A stretch of DNA of 64,000 nt from contig JAVKOQ020000016.1 of NCBI GenBank assembly GCA_031835245.2, positions 1-64,000 on the forward strand. The letters are read 5' to 3'. Within the stretch, counting starts at the first letter, position 1. The number at the start of each line of letters is the position of its first letter. Position numbers and translations under genes: made by a program. The notes beneath the pieces are model-generated. The model searched no databases. It was given only the letters and a program-made list of their open reading frames with translations, and was not told the origin of the DNA. The DNA comes from Balamuthia mandrillaris. Lineage: Eukaryota. Of this stretch, positions 24,329-35,953 are shown in pieces.

Positions 24329-26069
24329 TTACCCCAATGTAGGGGGGATGACCCACTTTTTCCAAAGCGTTTTCGCCTTCCTGGGCGCCGAGGAACCATC
24401 ACCCCCGTCTTCTTCTCCATCGTTGGAACCGTCGGAACCGTCGGAGCCGCTGCCGTCGTTTGGGTCTTGATCTTCTCTCGGCATTTCGGAGAGAATGGCG
24501 GTGAGGAGGGACTTGGTCACGTCGCTGGAGTCAAGGGAGTACTCCCAGTACATCACTCCTGGATAATCGTTGTCCACCTGTTGGTTCGTTTCAACAAAGG
24601 AGGCTTTTTTTAGTATCTGAAAACGAAACATATTTAAAGAAAGAAAACATTCAACAAACCACATAAGCAGTTTTGCGAGCAATCAAAGCAAAGCTGTTCC
24701 AGTAGATCTCACCGCCCTCTTCCGGAAGCGTGAGGCTATCCTGGTCCGCCAACACCTCAGGATGGTTTTGGAGAATGGTCTTGTAGCCAACGAATTGGGC
24801 CTTGACTCCACCCGGTCCGTTGGGATAAAAGTGTTGCCCGTAGAAAGGCAATCCCAATATAACTTTTTTTGTTTTGTTTCAGTTTAACGTTTCTCAAAAA
24901 CATAAACATAAAAAAATACATAAAAATATAAGGATCAACTAAACAGAGGGACTTACGTTTGTTTGAGGGAACCCCGCGATCGAGATAGTATTCGAAGCCA
25001 GCGATGGCATCCTCATAGGATGAGTGTTGTCCAACAGCAGACGAATCCCAGTTGCCACTGTTTGTATTTTTGTTTCAAGACATTGAGAGAGAATAAGCCC
25101 CGTAGATGTTCGCAGTGCGAAGAGCGAAGAGGGAAAAAAAGAGAAGCAGAGAAGGCATTGAATGTGAGAACAAGAAGATAGAACGTACGTATAATCATAA
25201 GCCATGACATTCCACAAGTCAGCATACTGAAAGACATCATCAGGAAAGCCGTCACCATAGTATCCGCTTCCAGGAAGGTCCGCCGTGATGAGATAGTTCT
25301 CTCCCAAGACGGAGCGAACTTCTTGGAACAAAGCCACCACGTTCTCCTCTTCCTCCACGGCGGGAAACTCCCAGTCGATGTCCACGCCGTCCAGGTCGTG
25401 CTCCTGGAGGAAGGAGAGAATGGAGTTGGCAAAGGTGGTGCGGAGGGTGGACGAGGCGGCAATGGTGGACCATTCATCGTGATAGTCTGCAATCATTTGG
25501 GTTTGTTATAAGGAATTATAAATAATCAATAATAATCAACAATAAATCGAAAATTGAATAGAATGAGAAAATATTAACGACATTAATAATTGTAAATAAT
25601 AATTGGAGAAATGTGTCGACATAAAAACCATTACACCAAAAACAAATGAGAGAAAGAAATGTGCACGTACCTCCAGCTCCGCCAACGCTGATCAACACCT
25701 TTGTCTCCTCGGCGTGAGCGCTCTCCACTATGGTGTCCAAAGCTGCCGTGTCCACCCCGGAGAGGTCCAGCTCGCCACTCATCGACGGCAATGCGAAAGC
25801 GTAGATGATGTGGGTGAGAGGCTCGTAGCGAAGGGTCGAGACGTCGACGGTGGTCTCCCATGACGGCCAGAAGGCGATTAGATGCTTTGCAGCCTTTCCT
25901 GGCTCAGGACCTTCCGTTGGAAACTCAGAAGGGTCCTGGCGAGCTTCATGTTGTAAAAGAAGTACTAGTCAAAAAGGGAAAAAAGAAGCATGAAGAACAA
26001 AACAAACCAAGACTAGCGGCGAAGAAGCACAGAGAAAAGAAGAACAAGGCAGTCGTTTGGGCGAGTCAT
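24329..26069 (-). CDS. Glycoside hydrolase family 18 chitinase-like protein (apparent frameshift in first exon)
   Basis: LTHIIYAFA, KVLISVGG, intact DGVDIDWEFP (DxxDxDxE), NVMAYD, LGLPFYG and GVMYWE; acidic Gly/Ser tail. Confidence 0.88.
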
Positions 26070-26390
26070 CGTTGTTTTGCTTTGTTCGAAGTCTATCCTT
26101 CCGTTTTAATTCCTGGGTCGATAATTTTTATTTTATTATCGCCTAAATCAACGTGTCATTTCAATATTGTTCGCCTAATTGAATTATTGACGAAAAATTA
26201 CATTTCTATTGGTTCGGAGTTATCAATAATTCTCTAATATGGAAATTAACCGATGAAATATGCAATATTTCTTGCTTGCATTCAATAATTATGGATAATT
26301 GTCAATAATTTAATTAATTTAAAATAAATAACCATCCGCAAATGAAAAAAATCACAAAAAAAACAAACTATATTTTTTTCTTTTCTTTTT

Positions 26391-28318
26391 CTACGGAGAA
26401 GATTCATTCTCTTCCGTGGCATCAACTGCATCCAAGGAGGACGACGAAGACGAAGGCGAGCCAGGTTCCGATCCACCACCACTTCCGCCACCACCCCCTC
26501 GTTTCTGAGAGGAGCTATCGATGACCGCCAAGCTGGCCCTTCGAGGGGACTTGAGCTCGAACAGGTCCTCCAGCTCCTGTTTCTTCCAACTCTTTTTCGA
26601 AGTGCTGGCGAGCAGGGCGGAGGCTCTTCGACGTTGGCTCCCCGTTAGACCCAAGTTGGAGAGCTCCTCGTAGAATTGGGATTCCTCTGGTCCTATCTCG
26701 GAGCTTTCCACCATTCTGTTTGTTAAATGAGTATAAAGAGAGAGCGAGAGAGAGAGAGAGAGAGAGAGAGAAGAGATAACAAAACAAAAGCAAACCTGGA
26801 TCGCTCCGCAATGAGACTGGCGCCATGGCGACCCGACACAATCCTGCTAGAACTGTCTCTCCTCTGCTGTTTCTTCTCCTTATCCTTTGGTTCTTTCTCC
26901 TTCTGTTCCTTCTCCTTCTGCTCCTTCTCCTTCTCCTTCTCCTTCTTTTTCGTTTTGCTATCCCCTCTCGTCAAACTGGGAAAGCGCTTGGACTTCATCG
27001 CTGGAGAGAAAGGCTTTCCTCCTCCGCTTCCGCTTACGCCACTTCCTCCGTTATGATGTCGATGCTCCGAGGAAGGAGAAGAAGAGGGCGAGGAAGAAGA
27101 AGATAAGTTGCCAGTGCTCGTTCCTAATGTTGCACTTCTGCTTTGATACACATCTCTCTTCAACGCTGTAAACTTCCTGAGTCTTGGTTGTTCTTCGTTG
27201 GTGCTGATAACGCTGCTTCCTTCTGATGATGATAAACAGTCCTCCGTGTTTGTTTCTTGATGTTGGTTTAGCCCATCGTCGTTTTCGTCGTCACTTGATA
27301 GTATTTGTTCTTCTTTATCTTCATCATCGTTTGAGTCTGTTCCGTTTTGGTTTCCTTCTGCGCTTCTTCTTCTGTTCTTTTTCTTGCCATTATTGCGTTC
27401 TATGATAAGACTTCCGCTGCTCCCACCCTTTTTCTTTTTCTCTTTCTTATGTCTGCTTTTTCCTCCCTCCTCTCCTTCTTCTCCTTCATCTCCGCTGCTC
27501 TTGTTCTTGTGTTTTCTCTTTTCTCTTTCTTCATCTTCTTCGTTCGTTTCTTCACCTTCCAACAACGAAGAAGACGGATCATATTCTCTACTGGCTCTCA
27601 TACTCGCTCGCTTCAAAGCAAACTTTCGAAGACCGCTTCCAGAAGGAGAAGAAGATGAGGATGGAACTGAAAGAGAATTAGCCACTGCCGCAGCTTCAAC
27701 TTGGTCCATATCAGAAGCGCTTCTGCTTCTTCCACCTCCCCCTTCTCCTAATGAAGAAGATGAGGTACTGTCGTTTTGTTTGTGCTTGGGGTTGGTCACT
27801 TCCAATGAACATCGGTCTTTCTTCTTTTTCTTTTTAGAGGTGGAAGGAGAAGTGGTGAGAACGCCGTCTGCATCTTTGGTCAAAACGCTCGTCCAACGTT
27901 TGCTTTTCTTTGGTGGTGTTATGTCTGTGAGAGAGAGAGAGAGAGAGAGATTAGGAGTAAAGAAACAGGGGATGAAAAAGAAGAGAAAGCGAAAAGCATA
28001 AAGCAGGAAAGCAACAAAACACAAATAGAAACGAGTACCCATGGCTTCAATGGAAGCGGAAAGGCTATGTCGTTTATCTATACAATCCATGAACTCTTCG
28101 GCCCTTACTTTGGCTTTTTCCTGCATGTTCTTCTCTTCTTCCTCTAAATTTTTAAGCTTCTCCTCCGCCTTCCGTTGCATTTCCAACCGATCCATGAATG
28201 TCATTTTTTTGTAACTTCCTGGAGAGTCTGGCGCAATATCTGTAGTGCTTGCTCCTGGAAAGTTTATTGTACAATAAAATATTTAAATATGATAGTTAAA
28301 GCAAGAAGAAAGAGACAA

Positions 28319-28365
<47 letters not shown>

Positions 28366-28529
28366 ACGTCGACTGCCAGGACTGCCAGTGGTGTAGCTTC
28401 CATGAACGCGGTAACCAGCATACTTTTCTCCAATCAACGCTTTAGCTTGAGCTGCTTTCTGTGCTGCAATCTTGGTTGCTTGTTCTGATTATTTTTCAAA
28501 AGAACGCGTTGGTAAGAAAAGAATGGAGG

Positions 28530-28573
<44 letters not shown>

Positions 28574-30299
28574 ACCATCGTAAAAGTTTTTCTTTTTCTT
28601 AAGACTAGCTATACACTCACGAATATCTGTCATCCACTCTTCCTTCTCTTTTTCAGAGGCGGCCGCTAACCACAACGAAGTATACCGAGTTGCCACAATC
28701 TTACAGAAGAGATAGGAAATATAATAATGAGAGAGAGAGAGAGAGAAAAGAACAGAGGGGGGAAACAGGATTCGAACCTCAAAGCTATATTTGTTGTGTC
28801 CCTCGTCACCGAGATTCACGAGTTCAGCATCCTCAAGAGTAAACTTGCCCATGTACTCAAAAGTTGGAGCAAGTCCTTTCTTCATTGACTTTCGCAACAT
28901 AGAGGCAGACATTTTGCACCGAACGATGATGTCGTTGAAGAGGATGAACCAACGTTGCTTACCGCTTTTGCCTTTATCGTTTAACTCTATCAGAGATCCT
29001 TCTCTCACGAACCGACGTTGTGGATCGACCAAACTCTGTATTTTAAGGAGGGAACACATTGCAAAGAATAAGTATAAGAAAGAGAAGATAAATTAGAAAA
29101 GAATAAACAAAATACAATATAAAAGAAAGAATTACCTCCAATCTCTTGCCAGTAAGAGTGCTCTGAATGCTCAGCACTTTCTGCACGTTCAATGCCTCGT
29201 TCTGCTTCTGATTTACATAAGTGGCTGTTTCAGTAATCTTCTCCAAAGCGAGAATGAGGTTCTTATAGTCGGGATGCTCCTCCCAAGTATGCTTAGCTAG
29301 GTCCGTTAGCAGCAGCTTGTAACGAGGAATGCGTTGAACGGGAGTGATGAGGAAGGAAGGGAGGTCAACATTTGTGGTGCGCATGTTCTTAAAGGCGTTG
29401 TCATGAAACTTGAGAAACTCTGGATTGTTCTTCTTGCATTCCTGTTTTCGTTGTAGTTTAGAAGAAGAAGAAGAAGAAGAAGAAGAACAAGAAGAAGAAG
29501 AAGAATAACAAGAACAAGAACAAGAAGAACAAGAAGAATAACAAGAACAAGAACAAGAACAAGAACAAGAACAAGAAGAACAAGAACAAGAAGAAGAACA
29601 AGAGACAAAGAACAAATCAAAAGCGCACAAACCTGAATCTGTTTCAGAGCATCGTTAAAGTTTTGAACGTAATCTGTGTACACCTTCATGAAGCTCGCCA
29701 TGTGTACCAACGTCTTGCAAACCAGTTGATTGGGATGCCACTTGTCCTTCACAACCCTGGTAAGCTCCGTCAATAGTGAACGATTCGTGGCAACGATGAT
29801 TTCTATTGTGGAGAAGATGGTTCGTATTTCTGCTTCGGTGATGATGGGTTGCTTTTGGGCGACTGCTTGACGCAGAGGAATGACAAAGGCTTCGACCATT
29901 TGTTCCAGTTGGGTGACGTAGGCCTCCTCTGTGCTCCATAGTTCGTTCACAACCTGTGTACGGTATCGGTTCAGCTTGGCTGAGAGAAGAGATGTTAGGA
30001 GACAAGGAAGGCAAAAAAAAAAGAAGCACCAGAGAAGCAGAGAGAGAAACGACAGCAGAACGAAGACAACAGAGAAGGGAGTAGAGGAAGAGAAAGAGGA
30101 GAAGAGCAAGAAGCAGCAATGCGGAGAAAAAAGTACAAAGTTTAGCATAGCGTTTCCGCGTTTTATAGCCCTTCCAAGTGGCCTGTATGCGGGTGGCCGC
30201 TGTGTTCTCGAGAACCGCCCGTGAGGGCAGGCGCGAACGCTCGATGCTCTTCTCCCAGTGCGAAATGCGCGAGCTGACGCTCGTCTTTTTGTCGCTCAT
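26391..30299 (-). CDS. RhoGEF: IQ motif + DH + PH + long charged low-complexity tail
   Basis: IQATWKGYKTRK (IQ), VVNELWSTEEAYV and LITPVQRIPRYKLLL (DH), RRFVREGSL..WFILFNDII..EKEEWM (PH). Confidence 0.92.
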
Positions 30300-31124
30300 T
30301 TTTTTTTCTATGATACAAAAAAAAAAAGAAACAAAAAGTAAACATCAAAAACGATGAAAAAATGTACAAAAAATAAACCAAAATCAAAGAAGTTCCGAGC
30401 CAAAACCCAAAAATAAAATAAAATAAAATAAAATAAAATCGAGTTGTTGATCGGTAATCGTGAAAACGTACGTTCTTTGTCCTCACTTTTTTTTCTTCTC
30501 TTCTCTTTTTTTTTGACGAGGAAGATTTTTCCGGTTTCACATCAAACGACGGAGCAGAGCGAGAGAGAGAAGCGAGTCTGTCGTCCTTTTTCTTTTCCTC
30601 TCTTCTTCTTCTTCTTCTTCTTCTGTAGGCCACTACACTTTTTTTTGGGGGGGGTTTTTGCTCTCTCTTCCACTACTTCTTTTTTTGCCCTTTAAATGTG
30701 TAATTGTTTTTTTTTTCTTTGCCGTTCAATCATTGATTTTTTTTTAACTTGTTTGGTAAGTAATTCATTGAAGGTGTGCAGCAATTGGTTTGCATTTGTG
30801 CACGACGGAACGAAATGTACACCTGTTGTGGTGCCTTTGTGCACCGGCTGCCGAAGGGAACACATGTCCTGCTCGTTTCGTGCAGCAATGGAGCTCCTCC
30901 CTAGGAAGGTGGACCCCATGCGTGCGTGAATGGGAAGCAAGGAGCAGAAGAAGGGACGAAGGAGGAGAGGCTCATGAATAGAGGACCTCTTGTTGAAGAA
31001 CAAGAGAGGAAGGCAAAGCATTCTTTTTCTCTCAAAAAAAAAAATAACCAAACGCTTTTTCTTTTGTACATGTAATATATTATTGTTACTCTAGCAGGAA
31101 TTAAAAAACAAAAGCTATAAGCTT

Positions 31125-32135
31125 TCAGTGCATGGTCTCCAGCAGGTCGCCCAACAGGTTGAGCTGCGTGAAGTGGAAGGCCCAGACCTCAACTCCCTTC
31201 GCCACCAAGGCGCGGAGCGGTTCGTGCAAAGCGTCCCCGTTCACCACGCCAATGCCCCGGTTGCCAATGAGGATGAGGTACTTCTTCTGAGCACAACCCC
31301 AGGTGAAGCTGTCCTTGGCCGTGTTGAGCACCTGCCGGTAGTACATCAGCCAGTCGCTGCCCTCGCCGTGAGCGTTCTCCGTGAAGCGGCAGAGCTCGGT
31401 GGCATCGTTGCTGAAGTTGAGGCACTCCAGCCGATAGGTGGCGTCGTGGTTCCATCCGCGGTTGGCAATGAGGCCAACCTTCAACTGATTGGCCAAGGAA
31501 GAAGAAGCAGCAGAAGAGGCAGAAGAAGAGGATCCTCCTTGTTCCTTGTTGAGCAGGTTTTGTATGGCGTTGGCGATGGCTTGGGTTACATCCCTCATGT
31601 CGGTTGTGTTGAAGACAACGGCATACTTTGTGGTTGGTGCGGAGATGATTGTTGGTGTTACTCTCGTTGCGGTGGACGAAGAGGAAGGCCGAGAGGAGGA
31701 AGCACCGGAAGAAGAAGAAGAAGCAGATGAAGAAGGTCGGAAAGTGCGAGAAACAGTAGACGAAGAAGAAGAGCCGGTTTGTCGTCGACGAACTGGCAGA
31801 GGGGCTTGTCTCTTCTTCCTTCTGCTGTTGTTTGTCTTCTTGCTTTTCTTGTAAAGCCTCGCCCTTTCTCTGGTGGTTAAGCGGTAGCTCATCTTGACGC
31901 GCTCGATGCGTCCCTCCTTGAGCTCCTCGCGAATGGCCGTCTTCAACCAGGTCTGGAAGTGCGGTCCCTCCGGCACGGGATAGCGGCTGGAGATGTACTT
32001 CTCCAGGGCCACGAGGCTCATGACTTGGTTCTTGCGGCTCCTGAGGTTCTGTTCTCTTTGCTCCCGCAGGGCACGGTGGATCATGACCTTGTAGGAAGGC
32101 TTGGTTTTCCTCACGCGCAATCTTGGAGCTTCCAT
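31125..32135 (-). CDS. Linker histone H15-like winged-helix domain fused to a degenerate vWA-like domain, intronless
   Basis: PSYKVMIHRAL..SLVALEKYISSRYPV..LKTAI..GRIERVKMSYRL (H15 pattern), basic/Ser linker, then YAVVFNTTDM..KVGLIA..YYRQVL..TW..KYLILIG..GVEVWAF (vWA strand/helix order). Confidence 0.7.
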   Translation of the reverse strand: MEAPRLRVRKTKPSYKVMIHRALREQREQNLRSRKNQVMSLVALEKYISSRYPVPEGPHFQTWLKTAIREELKEGRIERVKMSYRLTTRERARLYKKSKKTNNSRRKKRQAPLPVRRRQTGSSSSSTVSRTFRPSSSASSSSSGASSSRPSSSSTATRVTPTIISAPTTKYAVVFNTTDMRDVTQAIANAIQNLLNKEQGGSSSSASSAASSSLANQLKVGLIANRGWNHDATYRLECLNFSNDATELCRFTENAHGEGSDWLMYYRQVLNTAKDSFTWGCAQKKYLILIGNRGIGVVNGDALHEPLRALVAKGVEVWAFHFTQLNLLGDLLETMH

Positions 32136-32460
32136 TTTTTTTTTTTTTGCTTGTTTGTTTGCTTGTGTTGTTTGTGTGTTTTGGGGGTACGGTAACGCCT
32201 GCACGTTTATAGTGGTGGTCTTGCACACGTATTTCCTGGCAATTTTTTCGAAATATCTCGGAAAATTTTCTTGGAATAAATTTATAATCGGTTCCTGGAA
32301 AATTTTGAGGCATATGTGTCTGAGCAGCAACTGCGCCCAATGTGACCTACAATTGGGCAGATTTTGTGGCTGCTGATCTCCGTTGCGACCCCCATGGCGA
32401 GAAGTTTATGTCTTGCGTGTGAACGATGCAATGCCATATGGAGGGAGGAAGCCAGGAAGC

Positions 32461-32513
<53 letters not shown>

Positions 32514-32641
32514 CGAGAGAGCGAGAGAGCGAGAGAGAGAGCGAGAGAGAGCGAGAGCGAGAGAGAACAACAAGAGCTGGCAGAGGTCTCCTCATCGCCT
32601 GCCGTACAGTCCTTCTTTTTTCCTTTGTCCTTCGGCCATGC

Positions 32642-32689
<48 letters not shown>

Positions 32690-32750
32690 CAAACAACGTA
32701 GTCGTAGGATGCATTCTATGTTGTACATTGTAATAATAATATAAATTAGA

Positions 32751-33441
32751 ATGTGGAAGAAAGGGGTGGGCGGCAAGCCTTCCGCTACGTTTTTGCGCTG
32801 CTCCCTTTGGCGAGCCGAGAAGAAGAAGCAAGCAAGGTGGCAGACAAGCACCACCGCCGCCGCCACCTCCAAGCTCCCTCAACCACTCTTTCGTTCTCGT
32901 GCTTCTTCCTCCTCCTCTTCTTCCGCAAACGCAAAAGCACCGCTTCTTCCACGCCATTATTCTTCTTCCAAGATGCAACAAGGAGGAGGAGAGGAGGAGG
33001 CAAAGGGATTCGGTCATCTCTTCACCACGCAGGCGGTCGACTACGCCAGGTTCCGACCGGACTACCCGCCTCAACTCTTCCGCACCCTGTTCGACTTTAT
33101 GAAGAAGGAGGACGAAGCAGAAGCCACACCGCCAAGTTACTACTTTTTTTTTTGCCCATTAGATTTCCATTTGAGCTGACCTTTTTGATTTAAAGTGGGA
33201 CAAAGGGGAGACGAAGCGGAGGAGAAATACCAGAGAGTGGGCGCATTGGCGGTGGACGTGGGCTGCGGCACCGGTCAAGTGGCCAAAGTCCTGGCTGCCC
33301 ATTTCGACCGAGTGATAGGGGTTGATCCCAGCGCTAAACAGCTGCAAGCAGCCGAAGAAGCGGGTTTGCTGCAACCGTTTTCTCGTTCTTTTTCATCTGC
33401 CTTCCTCTTTTCCCTTCTTGTCTTCCTCCTTTCCCTTCTTG

Positions 33442-33511
<70 letters not shown>

Positions 33512-34604
33512 CTCGCCACTCGCCACTCGTTGACTAAACCCACAACAAAGAGAACATAACCTATCTGGAAGGACTTTCAGAGTCATTGCCATTCATCGAA
33601 TCACATACTGTTGATCTTTTGGCATCCGCGCAAGCTGCACATTGGTTCGACCTCCCACGTTTCTACAAAGAAGCGAAGCGTGTGTTAAAGCCAGGCGGTA
33701 CCGTTGCTCTCTGGGGATATAGCCTTTGTTCTCTCGATAATGCTGAAGCTGACGAGATATTGCGTGACGTAATGCTCTCCCTCTTTCCCTCCTCTCTCTT
33801 CTCTCTCTCTCTCTCTCCATTCTCGCTTACCCTTTGGTTCTCGTTATCTCTTCGCTTGTTCTATCCTTTTGCTGCCTGGTTCCCGTTCACTCTTTCAATT
33901 TCTCTTCTCTCCTAACATTGTACAACAGTATCACTTCAATGTGCTAGGCCCTTATTGGGAAAAACAAAGGCAATTAGTGGATAATAAGTACGTTCACATC
34001 CAATTACCATTCGCCCAAAGCCAAAGGTTCGTTTTTGTTCAACCTCAACCGACAAATCTTTAACAAACACAACGCAATCCGTATAGAGTGGAGTTTTTGA
34101 TGAAGAAAGAGATGACTTTTGAAGAGTTTATTGGTTACCTCGGCACGTGGTCTGCCCTCAAAACGATGAGAGAGAGAAACCAATTTGCACCCGAGCAGGA
34201 TCCACTTCACCTCCTCCGCCGAAGGTGCATTCCTTTTCTGTCTTCGCTTGCATTTTCTTTCTTGTCTGTTCTTTCTTTCTCGTTGTTTCTGTCTTTCTTG
34301 TTGTGCCTTCCATCCTTTCTTCTTGTTGATGATCTATTTCTCCTATTCTTGTCTCTCTTTCTTCCCTTCTTTCCTTGCAACGTTACATATTCTATTTTTT
34401 TTTCTTCCTTCATCCTTGGTGCTTCATCCTGCTTGCGCACTCTTGTGTTCTCCTTCCTTGCATTCATTCATTTTTTTTTCTCCTCCCTCCTAACCATAAC
34501 AAACAAAAAGGTTGTTGGATATTTTCTCTCTTTCCAGCAGAACTGGCCCCGACATGATCAGCGTGACCTTTCCCGCCTTTTTGTTGTTTGGCAAAAACCA
34601 CTAA
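32751..34604 (+). CDS. Class I SAM-dependent methyltransferase (Methyltransf_11, Crg1/Tmt1-like)
   Basis: YARFRPDYP, AVDVGCGTGQ, VIGVDPS, AQAAHWFD and VLKPGGTVALWGY; stop 34604. Start is 32751 or 32973. Confidence 0.9.
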
Positions 34605-35021
34605 AAAAGCGTTATTCTCTCCGCATTGTGCGGTTTGCTGCGCAGTTCCTAAAGTGCAATTAGTGCACCGCACCTTCCGGGTAACTGGCTTTTTTTAGTC
34701 AGTTTGACGAAAGGACACGATAATTTTCCTACAAAGGCAAATCACAATGGGCGCTGCAGGACATCCGAACGGCAGAAACGAGTTTACTAGGATGCACGTA
34801 ATCTGCTTAACGGCCAATGAGCAGAGAAATATTCGTACTCCTTTTCCTTTCGGGACATTTTGTGGTTGTGTTCGTCGAGGCAGTCCTGGCCCTTTTATTT
34901 TATTCAACCAACCGTTTCCTTTCTTTCTTCCTTCTGTGTCTTTACAGTTGCACACCTTCTAATACCAACGTTTGCGGGGTTTAATTTTGCAGTAGACCAG
35001 GTATTCGTCTGAGGGGAAACA

Positions 35022-35843
35022 ATGCACGGACCAAAGGCGGTGTTAGCATTGTGTCTTCGGTTTGAAGAAGACATGGAGGAGGAAGAGGAGAAGGAGGGCG
35101 AGACGTGCTCATCCGATCGAGAGACCGATGGTAAACAAGGAAGAGAGTCCTTCAGTGGTACGGAGGAAGTAAACTCCCTCTTCAACCCCTCTGCTACTTT
35201 TGAGAGCAGAAAAGAAGGTGATGAAAACAAGGCAACCAGAAAAATTCGGAAGAAGAGGAGCTTCGTTAACGAAGCAACGACACCGTTCACATCCTCCGAG
35301 GCGGAGGAAGAGTACTCCACGAAAGAAGGCGAAAGAGCAAATAAACGCCCCAAACGTGGCATCACGTATGGAAGAAGAAAACGAACAGCAAACGACGAAG
35401 AAGAAGCGGCACAAAAACGACACGCACAAGAACACAACAGCAACAAGAAGAAGAAAAAGAACACGAAAATAGTTCATAACAGAAGAAAACTACTTTTTGC
35501 GGCATCTCCCCGACAACCGAGCAGTGCTCATTCATCCGACGCGGAGGGAAACGCAGGACAGGATGTGGAAGGAACAGAACAACAACAAACATCATCCTCC
35601 AGACAAGAGATCTTGAGTTGGTTGGAGGCTTCTTTGTTGGAGCACGTTCGGCGGAAGAGCCAGCTCTACGGCATCAACTTTTTGGATGACCCTGAGCCTG
35701 GCATTTATCCTCGTCCTCCTTCTCCATCTCCTTCTTCTTCACCTTCTCCTTCATCCTCTCCTTCTCCTTCACTTGCTTCCTCTTCTTCTTCTTCTTCAAG
35801 TTCAAGTAAAGCGACAGAGATAACGACCAGTAGTCAACCATAG
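35022..35843 (+). CDS. Hypothetical disordered, basic/acidic protein (possible CDK-inhibitor-like C-terminal motif)
   Basis: 273-aa intronless ORF with NLS-like clusters, RRKLLF, and EILSWLE..YGINFLDDPEPG. Confidence 0.55.
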   Translation: MHGPKAVLALCLRFEEDMEEEEEKEGETCSSDRETDGKQGRESFSGTEEVNSLFNPSATFESRKEGDENKATRKIRKKRSFVNEATTPFTSSEAEEEYSTKEGERANKRPKRGITYGRRKRTANDEEEAAQKRHAQEHNSNKKKKKNTKIVHNRRKLLFAASPRQPSSAHSSDAEGNAGQDVEGTEQQQTSSSRQEILSWLEASLLEHVRRKSQLYGINFLDDPEPGIYPRPPSPSPSSSPSPSSSPSPSLASSSSSSSSSSKATEITTSSQP

Positions 35844-35953
35844 CTTTTCGCCACCGTTTTTTTTTGTCTTTTCTTCAATTGTTGTTATAGGACTCTCTGC
35901 TATATTGATTATACGTTGACTTCACTTTACTTTCTTTGCAAGTTTTGCTGGCG

